A stretch of DNA of 64,000 bases, from assembly GCA_040390065.1 (NCBI GenBank), contig JAZJZE010000009.1:64001-128000 (forward strand). Reading direction: 5' to 3'. The position numbers and the translations under genes are program-made. This document shows positions 1-10,156 of the stretch, piece after piece (the first letter of the stretch is position 1; every line of letters starts with the position of its first letter). The notes under the pieces were generated by a model. That model ran no database searches, was not told the DNA's origin, and saw nothing but the letters and a program-made list of their open reading frames with translations. The stretch is from a bacterium. GTDB taxonomy: Archaea > Thermoplasmatota > E2 > JACPAO01 > JAHFTW01.

Positions 1-49
1 ACCTGCGCGAGACCGGCGCCGGCGAGACAGCCTGAGGCCTTGCGCCGCC

Positions 50-616
50 CTAACCCATGACGAACGTCATGCGGGGCACGTCGTTTTGTGCCCGGACGAC
101 GGCCGTGGCGGATACGACGGCGCTCCACAGTGGCAGCGTCACGGCGTGGTGGTCATGCAGCGCGGGGCGGTGCGTCACCGTGACGACCACGTGGTGGCCT
201 TCCATGATGCCGATGTAGTCGCTCGAGCCGGTGAAGGGCACGCGGGTCACCGTCCCGGCCGGAAGGGCCACGAGGGTGGCATCGGCGTCCGGCAGGGCCA
301 GGCAGTCGACGGCAACGCCAAAATCCTGCGTCCAGATGATGGCGCCGACTTCGAGGTCCTGGACGATGACGTCGAGCAGGCCGCAGCGCCCGGCGATCAA
401 CGGCTGGATGTAGAGGGTCGCCGCCGTCGGGTTCGTGATGTGCAGCCAGCCGGAGATGGTGCCGTGCGACAGAGCGGAGGCGTTGATTTCCAGGGTGACG
501 GGGACCTGCGGCGCCAGGGACAACGGCTCGCCGATCGGGGGCGGCTGGGGCGGTGAGCCGGTTTGCGCGCAGCCGGCCAACAGGCACACGGCGGCGACGA
601 GGAGGATGGCACGCAT
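50..616 (-). CDS. Hypothetical secreted lipoprotein
   Basis: ATG at 616 gives MRAILLVAAVCLLAGC (signal peptide plus lipobox) and a Pro-rich linker; no family recognised. Confidence 0.6.
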   Translation of the reverse strand: MRAILLVAAVCLLAGCAQTGSPPQPPPIGEPLSLAPQVPVTLEINASALSHGTISGWLHITNPTAATLYIQPLIAGRCGLLDVIVQDLEVGAIIWTQDFGVAVDCLALPDADATLVALPAGTVTRVPFTGSSDYIGIMEGHHVVVTVTHRPALHDHHAVTLPLWSAVVSATAVVRAQNDVPRMTFVMG

Positions 617-703
617 GACGCCTGCATTGACGGTCCACCTCATCCACGTTGGGAATTGGTTGGGCGCAAGCCGTACCTCCACGTCCCTCGGCGGGGCGCC
701 TGA

Positions 704-1666
704 TTACGTCGTCCCTTGCGCGAGGATGCGCGTCGCGAGGGCTGCAAGACCCGTGCCCTTCTTGGGCTCGGCCTCGAGCTTCTGCACCGCGACGGCGTCG
801 TTGAAGGTCTGGCGCTTCTCTTCGTAGAAGATGCCGGTGGCCCAGTGGTCGTTCATGGCGGCGTGCAGGCCCGCGAACTTGTCGCCAACGGCGTGCGTCG
901 TCTCGAGGTTGCGCTGGTTCGCCTTAGCGGCCTCGTAGATGTCATGGAACGTGACACATGGGCTGATGACCTGCACGAAGGCGTACCCGTCGTGCTGGAT
1001 GGCCTTCTTGATGATGTCCGTGAGTTCCTTCACCTTGCCAGAGTAGGCGCGCGCGACGAACGTGGCGCCCGAGATGATGGCGAGGGCCATCGGGTTGAGC
1101 GGCTGGTCCGCCGACTTGCCCGTGCCGGCAAAGGGCGTCGACTTCGTCTTGAGGCCCAGTTCGGACGTCGGCGAGGCTTGGCCCTTCGTGAGGCCGTAGA
1201 TCTCGTTGTCCATCATGATGTAGGAGATCTTCGGGTTGCGCCGCGCGGTGTGCACGAAGTGGCCCGCGCCGATGGCCATGCCGTCGCCGTCGCCACCGAC
1301 GGCGATGACGGTCTTCTCGGGCATGGCAAGCTTCAGGCCGACTGCGACGGGGAGGCTGCGGCCGTGCACGGCGTGGAAGCCGTAGGCGTTCATGAAGTGG
1401 GGAAAGCGGCTGCTGCAGCCGATGCCCGAGACGAAGGTCACGTCGTGGGGCAGGATCTTCAGGTCCGCCAGGGCTTTCTGCATGGCGGCGAGGACGGCGA
1501 AGTCGCCGCAGCCCGGACACCAGACGGGCGGCAGGGTGCCCTTGTAGTCCTTGGCCGTGAGGTCCGCGCCGACGACCGGCAGCGGCTTCGCGATTGGTGC
1601 GACGTGGTCGGCCTCGGGCAGGGCGTGGCCGGGGCTTGGGACCTTGGCGAGAGCACCTTCGCTCAT
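704..1666 (-). CDS. korB: 2-oxoacid:ferredoxin oxidoreductase beta subunit
   Basis: WCPGCG, SGIGCS, TPP-binding GGDGD...DNEIYGLTKGQ and SPCVTF motifs; overlaps the alpha-subunit stop. Confidence 0.93.
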   Translation of the reverse strand: MSEGALAKVPSPGHALPEADHVAPIAKPLPVVGADLTAKDYKGTLPPVWCPGCGDFAVLAAMQKALADLKILPHDVTFVSGIGCSSRFPHFMNAYGFHAVHGRSLPVAVGLKLAMPEKTVIAVGGDGDGMAIGAGHFVHTARRNPKISYIMMDNEIYGLTKGQASPTSELGLKTKSTPFAGTGKSADQPLNPMALAIISGATFVARAYSGKVKELTDIIKKAIQHDGYAFVQVISPCVTFHDIYEAAKANQRNLETTHAVGDKFAGLHAAMNDHWATGIFYEEKRQTFNDAVAVQKLEAEPKKGTGLAALATRILAQGTT

Positions 1667-3435
1667 CGCAGGACCTCCCGGGCGGGCGGCGCCATGGCCT
1701 TGGCAGGCGTCTTGCGGTTGGCGAGCACGGTCTCGATCTTCTCCTTGATCTCAAGCCAGGTGAGGGGGCTGCCCTGCACCTTGTTGAGGCGGTGGAAGTG
1801 CTTGACGACGTGCTTGCGCAGCAGGCCCTCGAGTTGGCCGGTGTAGTTCATCTCGGCCACGATGACCTCGGGGGCCTTCTCGATCACGTCGAGGAAGCCT
1901 TCGCGGGGCAACGGGTTGAGGATCTTCGTGACGAGGTAGCCGACCTTCTTGCCCTCGGCGAGGGCCTGCGTGACGGCCTCCTTGGCGGGGCCCTTGGTGC
2001 TGCCCCACGTGACGACGAGGACGTCCGGGTTCTCGTCGCCGAAGCGCTCCGTCGCCATCGGGTACTTCCACGCGTCGTCGATCTTGTGGATGCGCTTCGC
2101 GATCATGGCCTCGTGGTTGGCGCCCGTGTAGTTCGGGTTGCCGTACTCGTTGTGCTCGAGGCCCTCGGCCGTGTGCACGCCGCCGGGCATACCGGGGATC
2201 GACTGCGGCGAGACGCCGTCCGAGGTGAACTTGTAGCGCTTGTAGTCCGCCAAGTCCTCGGATGTCGCGAACTTGCGGTTGACGATGGGCGTGCCCGTCG
2301 CCTTCAGGCTGGGGACATTGATGTTCTCGGTGCGGTTGGAGAGCGAATGGTCGGTGGCCAGGATGACGGGGACCTGGTACTTCTCCGCCATGTTGAACGC
2401 CCAGATGGTCTGGAAGAACGAGTCACGCACGCCGGCGGGGGCGAGCACGATGCGCGAGGCCTCGCCGTGCGAGCCGTAGACCATCTCGTTCAGGTCCGAC
2501 TGCTCGGGCTTGGTCGGCAGGCCCGTCGAGGGGCCGCCGCGCATGCAGTTGACGATGACGATGGGCAGTTCCGCCGTCGACGACAGGCCGAGGAGTTCCT
2601 GCATGAGGGAGAAGCCGGGGCCGGACGTCGCCGTCATGGCTTTCTTGCCGGCGTAGCTGGCGCCGAGGCAGTGCGCGATGGCGGACATCTCGTCCTCGGC
2701 CTGGATGCAGGTGTGGCCGAATTTCGGCATCTCGTTGGCGAGGGTCTCGAGGATGCTGGATGCCGGCGTGATGGGGTAGCCGGCGTAGAAGTCGCAGCCC
2801 GCGACCAAGGCGCCAAGCGCGATGGCGTCGTTGCCGTTGAGGAGGATGCGCTCCTCCTCGTGGTGGCCGATCTTGAGGCCGCCCTGGTGCTTCAAGGCCA
2901 ATGTCGCGACGTGCGTGTACGCGGCGTCGACGGCCTTGTCGTTGAGTTCGAGGAGCTTCGGGTTCTTGCCCTTGTACTTCTTCTGCATCGTCTTCTTGAT
3001 CTCGCCAGCCGGGATGTTGTACAGCGCGGCGACAGTGGCGACGGCGAAGACGTTCTTCGACTTCGGCGAGCCGATGGCCTTGACGAGTTCGTCGAAGGGC
3101 ACGGCGTACAGGTGGACGTCGGAGCGCGTCGGCGGCTTCGGCACCTGCCCGGGGTCGTACAGGATGACGCCGCCCTTGCCGACGGTTGCCGCGTGGTTGT
3201 CGATGGCTTCCTGGTTGAAGGCGCACAGGCAGTCGACGCCGGTGCCGGCGGACAGGACTTCCTCGTTGCTGCTGCGCACCTGGTACCAGCAATGGCCGCC
3301 CTTGATCTCGGCGGGGTACGACTCGAAGGTGAAGACGTTGAAGCCGATGTCGGAGAGCGCCAGGCAGCAGATCTCGCCGGCCGAGATGACGCCTTCACCG
3401 GATTCGCCCGCGAACCTGAACGTGTAGCTGGCCAT
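1663..3435 (-). CDS. korA: 2-oxoacid:ferredoxin oxidoreductase alpha subunit (gamma-alpha fusion)
   Basis: AGESGEG, YPAEIKGG, GYPITP, QAEDE, ATSGPG and RGGPSTGLPT motifs; ATG at 3435. Confidence 0.93.
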   Translation of the reverse strand: MASYTFRFAGESGEGVISAGEICCLALSDIGFNVFTFESYPAEIKGGHCWYQVRSSNEEVLSAGTGVDCLCAFNQEAIDNHAATVGKGGVILYDPGQVPKPPTRSDVHLYAVPFDELVKAIGSPKSKNVFAVATVAALYNIPAGEIKKTMQKKYKGKNPKLLELNDKAVDAAYTHVATLALKHQGGLKIGHHEEERILLNGNDAIALGALVAGCDFYAGYPITPASSILETLANEMPKFGHTCIQAEDEMSAIAHCLGASYAGKKAMTATSGPGFSLMQELLGLSSTAELPIVIVNCMRGGPSTGLPTKPEQSDLNEMVYGSHGEASRIVLAPAGVRDSFFQTIWAFNMAEKYQVPVILATDHSLSNRTENINVPSLKATGTPIVNRKFATSEDLADYKRYKFTSDGVSPQSIPGMPGGVHTAEGLEHNEYGNPNYTGANHEAMIAKRIHKIDDAWKYPMATERFGDENPDVLVVTWGSTKGPAKEAVTQALAEGKKVGYLVTKILNPLPREGFLDVIEKAPEVIVAEMNYTGQLEGLLRKHVVKHFHRLNKVQGSPLTWLEIKEKIETVLANRKTPAKAMAPPAREVLR

Positions 3436-3598
3436 GCCTTGGTCCCTGTTGGGCCTTCGAGACGGAAGAGCCCTGCGTCGGCCCACTTCCGGGCTTTATA
3501 AAAGCGTTCAGTTAAGAGGCAGGATTTGCACGGGTTTTGGCCCCGGGGTGCGACGGTTTCTCGTGGAAAACCGTCCCGAGGCAGGGGGTAAACACTGT

Positions 3599-4945
3599 TT
3601 AGGGCGGGGCGGGCTGGTTGAAGCCGGGCCACGCCGATGAGGGACCGAAGTAGGAATCCATGGCCCCGGTGTTCGCATCAAATCCCACGTAGGCAAGAAT
3701 AAACGAGTTGCCGCCGGCCGACTTGAAACTCACCTGATACTCCGCCCAACCGCTAGCCGGATCCCGCGGCGCGTAGAACTGCGGAAAGCCGTACAGCACA
3801 GAAACCCTTGCCACGTCGTCCTGCCCCGGAAGCCCGAGCCGGGCAAAGTCCGCGAGCACGTCTGGGAGCGAGGCCGCCGGCCAAGGACTCGCGCGAATCT
3901 GGCCGCAGGTCATGCCGTCAGCCGCCACCTTGTGCGCCGCCGACCTCGTGACTTCAATTTGAGGCTGCGATAGTGGCGTGTCGTCCTGCATCCATTTTAT
4001 CTGATAGGTGGCAGAGAAGTTGTCGTCTTCCAGCACGGTGAACGTTGCTCCCTCGTGGGTGGTGTTGTAGGGGATGAGCAAGGGGGTCAGGCCCACCGTT
4101 GAAACGTACGGCGCGGAGAGGTCGGCAATCCAGATGCACGCTTTCGACCAGTCGACGCCCTTCGCCGTGTCCGAGGACTTGAGCTTGTCAAGCCATTCCA
4201 ACGCCGTGAAGCGACTTCCAAGGGCCTTCTCCCCTTCCCCTGGGAACATCTGGCCCTGCCACGCGGCCTGCGGGGGCGGCTGGCCCTCCAGGGGGAGGTA
4301 ATCCGCGCGCCCGAGCTCGGCCCCGTCCTGGTAGGACACGACGTCGAAGCCAGGCCCGTGGTCGGCGATGAGCCGATCGTCGGAGCCGGCATAGGTGTAA
4401 TCACCCACATAGTCGTCGTGCATGAAGAAGTGTGGGCCAGGCCGCTTGACGTCGAGCATTGGGTGGCCATTGACCGCAACTTCGTGGGCGTCGAGTGCCA
4501 CGGGTGGGCGACCCGACGCGTCGACAAGGGCGCCGTCACGGCGAAACTTCAGGAGAAGACCAAGACCGTAGGGAGCTGGCCGGCCCGCCTCCTTCCATTC
4601 GAGCCGCATGGAGCGCGTGCATTGTTCTTCCTTGTCCCTGTTGCAGCCCTGCCAGTAGGCGACGACTCGCAGGTCGGCATCGAGAAACCAGATGGGATTT
4701 GGGTCCAATGGGCGATCGAGGTCAACGAACAGTCTGTACACCTTCACGATGGACCCGTTGGTCCACGGAACCGTAACGGGTCCGTCCAACGTCAGCGCAA
4801 CACGTTTGCCATCCCTGTCGACAAGGTCGGCATGAAAGCCGCGCAAAGTTCTCAGCTCGGTGGGGGCCTCGGGCGTGAGGCAGCCGCAGGTCGCGGCAAG
4901 CAGCATGCCGAAAGCGAACGGGATCGGCACCCAACGAGAGCTCAT
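3599..4945 (-). CDS. Hypothetical secreted/lipoprotein
   Basis: Long ORF with hydrophobic N-terminus ending TCGC; ATGA overlap with the upstream gene. Confidence 0.6.
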   Translation of the reverse strand: MSSRWVPIPFAFGMLLAATCGCLTPEAPTELRTLRGFHADLVDRDGKRVALTLDGPVTVPWTNGSIVKVYRLFVDLDRPLDPNPIWFLDADLRVVAYWQGCNRDKEEQCTRSMRLEWKEAGRPAPYGLGLLLKFRRDGALVDASGRPPVALDAHEVAVNGHPMLDVKRPGPHFFMHDDYVGDYTYAGSDDRLIADHGPGFDVVSYQDGAELGRADYLPLEGQPPPQAAWQGQMFPGEGEKALGSRFTALEWLDKLKSSDTAKGVDWSKACIWIADLSAPYVSTVGLTPLLIPYNTTHEGATFTVLEDDNFSATYQIKWMQDDTPLSQPQIEVTRSAAHKVAADGMTCGQIRASPWPAASLPDVLADFARLGLPGQDDVARVSVLYGFPQFYAPRDPASGWAEYQVSFKSAGGNSFILAYVGFDANTGAMDSYFGPSSAWPGFNQPAPP

Positions 4946-5631
4946 GGCATCGAATGATACGTTGCGTCCGTTTGGGCCGGGTCGGTGCAGTGCAAGCACG
5001 CCGAAAGGCCGGTCACGACGACCTCAACGTGTGCCGTAAACGCCGTCCCAAAGGTCATCTTCTGGTTGTCCTCCGCCCAAAACGTCCAGCACTCATCGCC
5101 GGTCGCACTTTGCGAGAACGAGCACGTAACGGTCGGGAAGTCGTCGACTGGGCGCTCGGGTCCATAGAACTGCCCGTCCACACTCGCCGACCCGGCTGTG
5201 CCGCGCCCGCCACCCCCTCCGCCACCGGCCGCATACCCGCAATCCCAGGGGGTGCCCGGATAGGTCATGCTAGAACAGAAGGACCATTGGTCCACTTGGG
5301 CCCAGGCATCTGCAATCGCATAAACGCCATCGAGGCCCTCCGTGACTCCACTCGTGTTGGGCCCGCGGGTTTCGACCAGCGCCCCGACGACGTTTCCGGC
5401 GTCCCCGACCGACGGCCTCGTCCAGACGCAACTGGGCCCCTCCGAAGTGTGGTCGCCCTCGTCAGGGATGCAATGCGGCACAGGCGCGGAACCAATGACA
5501 TCCGCAATGTTCGCACCAATGCAGGATTTCAGGGACGAATAGGTTGCGCACTGCGTGGTCACGGCCTGACCCGGAAACGGGAGGGCTGCCATGACCATGA
5601 GACATGCTACGGTTGGCATTAGGGTTTTCAT
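4942..5631 (-). CDS. Hypothetical Cys-rich secreted protein
   Basis: MKTLMPTVACLMVMAALPFPGQA signal peptide; many Cys and a Gly run; start could be further upstream. Confidence 0.55.
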   Translation of the reverse strand: MKTLMPTVACLMVMAALPFPGQAVTTQCATYSSLKSCIGANIADVIGSAPVPHCIPDEGDHTSEGPSCVWTRPSVGDAGNVVGALVETRGPNTSGVTEGLDGVYAIADAWAQVDQWSFCSSMTYPGTPWDCGYAAGGGGGGGRGTAGSASVDGQFYGPERPVDDFPTVTCSFSQSATGDECWTFWAEDNQKMTFGTAFTAHVEVVVTGLSACLHCTDPAQTDATYHSMP

Positions 5632-5668
5632 GCGACGCACCGCCCCGGTCAGGAGGCAGCCGCGGGAC

Positions 5669-5683
5669 GGGGGGGGGGGGGGG
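5669..5683. repeat. G15 homopolymer tract
   Basis: 15 consecutive G read directly, 37 nt upstream of the ATG at 5631 on the minus strand. Confidence 0.85.
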
Positions 5684-5757
5684 CCAATATCAATGTTGGT
5701 ATGGCGCCATTGCATCATTCACTGGATGTGGCCGCAGAGCCCAGCTAGCTGTCCGCG

Positions 5758-7146
5758 TCATGCGCGCCGCTTCGCCGCTAGCACCGCCGCCGCGATTGCC
5801 ATGAAGGCGAGCGGCATGGGACTGGGCTTTGGATTGTCGGTAGTGCTCGTCTGGGCGACCGGCCCGGAACCCTGCACCACTTGCACGGTGAGGTGCTCGG
5901 CGAGCACGTTGTCCTTGCCGCCCGCAGCGTACGTGAGCGTCGCATTGACGACGTAGTCGCCGGGCGTGGCCGTCTTGGGGACGCTCACGACGAGTTTCTG
6001 CGGCAGCGTCGTGCCTGGCGGGACGGGGACATGGTTCGGGTCCCATGCGTGGCACGGGTTGTCTTTCGGGCAGTTCCACGCCACCGGGTCCGTCGCCTCG
6101 GCGAAGGGGTGGCCGGTGCCACCGCCCGAGTTCGTGATGTTGAAACTGAACGTCGCCGTGCCGCCGGGGGCCGCCGTCTTCAGCACGCGGTCGACCGTCT
6201 CCACGAGGATTGGCTGCGAGTCCGTGATGGCGCCGCCCGCGACGCTGGACCCGATGTGGATGTCCTTCACCGCCCGGTTGCCGGCAAGGTCCGTTGCCTC
6301 GACGCGGATCACGTCAGCGGCCGTGAGGTCGCGGTCCGTCCACTCGTAGGCGGGCCCATACCTTTCGCACGCCTGGCCCGGGGCACCGCTGCAGGGAGGC
6401 GCGACGACCCCGCCGACGCCGTAGGGGCCGTAGTCGGGTTCGTAGTCCGCGTCCCACAGGCGGCCCTCCCAGTCCTTGAGTTGGGCTGTGATGTCCTTGC
6501 CATTCAAGAGAACGGTGTGGGAGGCCAGCGGTTCGCCAAACTCGATGGTGAGCTTGTGGCCGGACAGCGCGGTGCCGTCGCCGGGGAGGACGATGGGCCA
6601 AGGCGCCGTCTTGTCATGCTTGAGCATCTGCGCCGGGTCGCCGTCGCACTTCTCCTGCGCCGGCGTCGTCTGTGTGTCGCAGTTGTCCACGACGGCCTTC
6701 GCCCAGAAGCGCGCGAGTTCGTTGTTGTTCGCATCGTACGCATGCACGGCGGCCGCGTAGGTTCCGTCCGGCACGAGCGGCGTCTTGATGGGGATGAAGA
6801 AGCCGTCCGACGGCTCGCGGTCGGCGCGGTAGTTGGGGACGTAGGTTCCCGTCACCCAGACCGGCGTGCCGCACATCTGCTGATCGAAGTCGTACGTGTA
6901 CGGCCCGAAACTGAAGCCGAACACCTTGATGTCGGCGGCCTTGGCACCGATGGCCTGGAACTGCACGAAGAACTGCCCCTGCGCATGGATGAAACCGTCC
7001 TGCTGCGGCTGCAAGTCCGGGTTGCGGAAGACCAGCAGGAGGCTGTCGTCGACGGGACAGTGGTGAGCCTGGGCGGCTGCGGGAGGAGCCCACGACAGCG
7101 CGAACGCGGCCAACACGACGAAGGGCAGGACCCGGGCGACGGACAT
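5758..7146 (-). CDS. Secreted Ig-like (NEW3/CARDB-like) domain protein with C-terminal membrane anchor
   Basis: Signal peptide ending AAA-Q; FNITNSG...TPGDYVVNATLTY Ig-like repeat; C-terminal Thr/Pro linker, hydrophobic helix and KRRA. Confidence 0.7.
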   Translation of the reverse strand: MSVARVLPFVVLAAFALSWAPPAAAQAHHCPVDDSLLLVFRNPDLQPQQDGFIHAQGQFFVQFQAIGAKAADIKVFGFSFGPYTYDFDQQMCGTPVWVTGTYVPNYRADREPSDGFFIPIKTPLVPDGTYAAAVHAYDANNNELARFWAKAVVDNCDTQTTPAQEKCDGDPAQMLKHDKTAPWPIVLPGDGTALSGHKLTIEFGEPLASHTVLLNGKDITAQLKDWEGRLWDADYEPDYGPYGVGGVVAPPCSGAPGQACERYGPAYEWTDRDLTAADVIRVEATDLAGNRAVKDIHIGSSVAGGAITDSQPILVETVDRVLKTAAPGGTATFSFNITNSGGGTGHPFAEATDPVAWNCPKDNPCHAWDPNHVPVPPGTTLPQKLVVSVPKTATPGDYVVNATLTYAAGGKDNVLAEHLTVQVVQGSGPVAQTSTTDNPKPSPMPLAFMAIAAAVLAAKRRA

Positions 7147-7399
7147 GCAACTGGCAGCGCACGCGGCGGGGAAAAGCGTTTCCGGAAAACCTGCGGGTCA
7201 AGGGCCAACGAGGGATTCGTCAAACCTCCGACGGCGCTGCCGACCTCGACGACGGGTCAACAGATGCAACCGATGCAACCGATGACCACGACGCTCCATC
7301 GGACAGCAGGAATCCTGCGTGCCAACACCCGCCGACTGATCCGTCATCCTCCGGCGGCTGCGACGTCAAGGACGGAAGCGACGGACGCGGCGCGCAGGG

Positions 7400-7739
7400 C
7401 CCCCCGGTCGGGGCGAGCGAATGCGCCGCGAGGCGCGCAGAGCGAGGGCTTGGCGAGCCGAGCGCAGCGATGGCTGGGGCCGCCGGGGGGCCTGAAAGAC
7501 AGGGAAGCGAACGAAAAAAACCGGAAAGCGACCTTTCCAGCCTTCGGCGACTTCGCTGCTTTTCAGGCAAAGGCGGCCTCGGAGAACCGGAAACGACGGA
7601 AGAACAGGAACCCATTCCCGTCCTCCCCACTAGATTCCTGTTCTCCAAGGCCCCCCACACCCCGCCACGCGGCCACCTCGTTGCCCGCGCCGCCGTCGGA
7701 GGTCGGCGTGGCCGGTCGTTGGCTCTGCTTCGCGCGACC
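7400..7739 (+). repeat. Intergenic palindromic repeat family, copy A (core hairpin 7572-7660)
   Basis: Shares modules with copies near 19.2 kb and 20.9-21.2 kb; AGAACAGGAA/TTCCTGTTCT stem. Confidence 0.85.
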
Positions 7740-7840
7740 AATGCGTTGGGAGGGGCCGGAGGAGTCGCGGCCTTGGGGCGGCCGCCGATGGCATCATCGC
7801 TCGGAGCAGAGTCTATCGGGACGTCCCGCCTGCGCCTGTC

Positions 7841-8389
7841 GTGGCCAAGCGCGCCAGTGCCTTGCCCGTGCGCATCCGAACGGGCCGCGTCGGCGACCTT
7901 GGCTGGATGTTCTACCGTCAAGCCGTCGTGTACGCCGAGGAATTCGGGTACAGCCCGGTCTTCGAGCGCTACGTGTCGCATGGCTTGGCTCCGTTCCTCG
8001 ACGACTTCGACGCCGGCAAGGACCGGATCTGGATGGCGTCACGCGGTGCCGAACGGCTGGGCTTCATCGCCATCCAACACGACCCGACGCGGCGCGGCTG
8101 GGCGAAGCTGCGCTGGTTCCTCGTCGAGAAGGAGGCGCGTGGGCTCGGCGTCGGACGCAGGCTCATGCAGGCCGCGCTCGCCTTCGCCCGCAAGGCCGGA
8201 TACCGCGGTGTGTACTTGTGGACCGTCGACGACCTCGCGGCCGCGCGGCGCGTCTACGTGACGAGCGGATTCGTCCTCGTGCACGAGGCCACCGAGCCGT
8301 GCGAGTGGGCGCCGTGGGGGCACGAGCAGAGATGGGAGCTCGAGTTGGCGCGCCGACCGCGGCGGGCACGCTCACCTGCAAAGCACTAA
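7841..8389 (+). CDS. GNAT family N-acetyltransferase (resembles the GNAT half of MarR-GNAT fusions)
   Basis: GDLGW...[29 protein letters not shown] acetyl-CoA motif, LWT..L.AARRVY. Confidence 0.85.
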   Translation: MAKRASALPVRIRTGRVGDLGWMFYRQAVVYAEEFGYSPVFERYVSHGLAPFLDDFDAGKDRIWMASRGAERLGFIAIQHDPTRRGWAKLRWFLVEKEARGLGVGRRLMQAALAFARKAGYRGVYLWTVDDLAAARRVYVTSGFVLVHEATEPCEWAPWGHEQRWELELARRPRRARSPAKH

Positions 8390-8423
8390 ATGGCACGTGG
8401 CCGTAGGGGAATTCCCGTTGCAT

Positions 8424-10085
8424 ATGACCAAGTACGTGGTCGTGACGGGCGGTGTACTCTCGGGGCTCGGCAAGGGCATCACGACGAGCAGCATCGGGAC
8501 GTTGCTGAAAGCGCGCGGAATCAGCCTCACGGCTGTCAAGATCGACCCGTACCTCAACTCGGACGCGGGCACGATGAACCCATTCGAGCACGGCGAGGTC
8601 TTCGTCCTGAACGACGGCGGCGAGGTGGACCTCGACTTGGGGAACTACGAAAGGTTCCTCGACATCCCGCTCGGGCGTGACAACAACATCACGACCGGCA
8701 AGGTGTACAAGGCTGTCATCGACAAGGAGCGCCGCGGCGATTACCTTGGCAAGACGGTGCAGATCGTGCCGCACATCACGAACGAGATCCGGGAGTGGAT
8801 CAAGCGCGTGGCCAAGAAGAGCAACGCGCAAGTCTGCCTCGTCGAAGTCGGCGGCACCGTGGGTGACATCGAGTCCGCGCCGTTCCTGGAGGCCATCCGG
8901 CAACTGCACCGCGAAGTCGGTCACGACAACCTGTTCCTCATCCACACAAGCCTGGTCCCCGTGGTGGGCGCCGTGGGCGAACAGAAGACCAAGCCGACGC
9001 AGCACACGGTGCGCGACCTCAAGGCCATCGGCTTGCACCCCGACATGATCGTCTGCCGCAGCGCGCAACCGCTCGTGCCCGAGATCCGCGAGAAGATCGC
9101 CAGTTTCTGCGACGTGGACGAGGCCGCCGTCATCTCGGCGCACGACGCGCGTACCATCTACGAGGTGCCCCTTATCCTGGAGGAGCAAGGCGTGCCCGAC
9201 TACATCCTGCAGCGCCTCGGCATGGCCAAGACGAAGGATGCAAAGCCGCCGGAGCTTGGGACGTGGCGCGACCTCGTGGACCGCATCCTCAACCCGCACC
9301 ACGAGGTCACCGTGGCCTTCGTCGGCAAATACACCGACCTGTCCGACTCGTACCTCAGCATCAACGAGGCGCTGCGGCACGCGGGCGCCAGCCTTGACAC
9401 GAAGGTGAAGATCGCCTACATCGAAGGCGAGGACCTGGAGGAGGACGACCGCGAGGCGTGGCGGCGCTTGCGGGAAGCGGACGCCATCCTCGTCGGCCCC
9501 GGCTTCGGCTCGCGTGGCACCGAGGGCAAGATCCGCGCCATCCAGCACGCCCGCGAAGGCGGCATCCCGTTCCTCGGCATCTGCCTCGGCATGCAGCTGT
9601 CATGCGTCGAGTTCGCGCGCAACGCGTGCGGCCTGCCTGGCGCCAACTCGACGGAGATGGACCCGGACACCAAGCACCCCGTCATCTGCATCCTGCCCGA
9701 GCAGTACGAGATCGCGGAACTCGGAGGCACCATGCGCCTTGGCGCCTACGAATGCGTCCTTGCGCCCGGCTCCTTGGCGGCCGACACATACGGCGCCAAC
9801 GTCGTGACGGAACGGCACCGCCACCGCTACGAGATGAACCCAGAGTACACCGCGACGCTCGAGGCGAAAGGCCTCGTCTTCTCAGGACGCATGCCGGACC
9901 GGCCCATCATGGAGATCATCGAGTTGCCACGCGACGTGCACCCGTACTTCATCGGCAGCCAGTTCCACCCCGAGATGAACTCCAGGCCCCAGAAGCCCGG
10001 CCCGCTCTTCGTCGGCCTCGTCGAGGCGGCACTCATCCAGAAAGGTGTCCTGAACCCCGGCCCTGAACCCGTGGCGGCAGCCTAG
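8424..10085 (+). CDS. pyrG: CTP synthase
   Basis: [46 protein letters not shown] and QFHPE motifs. Confidence 0.98.
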   Translation: MTKYVVVTGGVLSGLGKGITTSSIGTLLKARGISLTAVKIDPYLNSDAGTMNPFEHGEVFVLNDGGEVDLDLGNYERFLDIPLGRDNNITTGKVYKAVIDKERRGDYLGKTVQIVPHITNEIREWIKRVAKKSNAQVCLVEVGGTVGDIESAPFLEAIRQLHREVGHDNLFLIHTSLVPVVGAVGEQKTKPTQHTVRDLKAIGLHPDMIVCRSAQPLVPEIREKIASFCDVDEAAVISAHDARTIYEVPLILEEQGVPDYILQRLGMAKTKDAKPPELGTWRDLVDRILNPHHEVTVAFVGKYTDLSDSYLSINEALRHAGASLDTKVKIAYIEGEDLEEDDREAWRRLREADAILVGPGFGSRGTEGKIRAIQHAREGGIPFLGICLGMQLSCVEFARNACGLPGANSTEMDPDTKHPVICILPEQYEIAELGGTMRLGAYECVLAPGSLAADTYGANVVTERHRHRYEMNPEYTATLEAKGLVFSGRMPDRPIMEIIELPRDVHPYFIGSQFHPEMNSRPQKPGPLFVGLVEAALIQKGVLNPGPEPVAAA

Positions 10086-10156
10086 AGCCCCTGGCTTCGC
10101 GTTTTATACGCGACCCGAGATGGCACGCCGCGCGGCGCCCGCCCGCGGTGTTCACA

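Noticed and set aside
1-35. Possible 3' end of a plus-strand gene (…LRETGAGETA stop)
   Set aside because: Too short to support or identify.
7220-7981. Apparent paralogous peptides (e.g. [38 protein letters not shown]) in several ORF-track entries
   Set aside because: They are translations of the non-coding repeat family, in inconsistent frames with no common start or stop.
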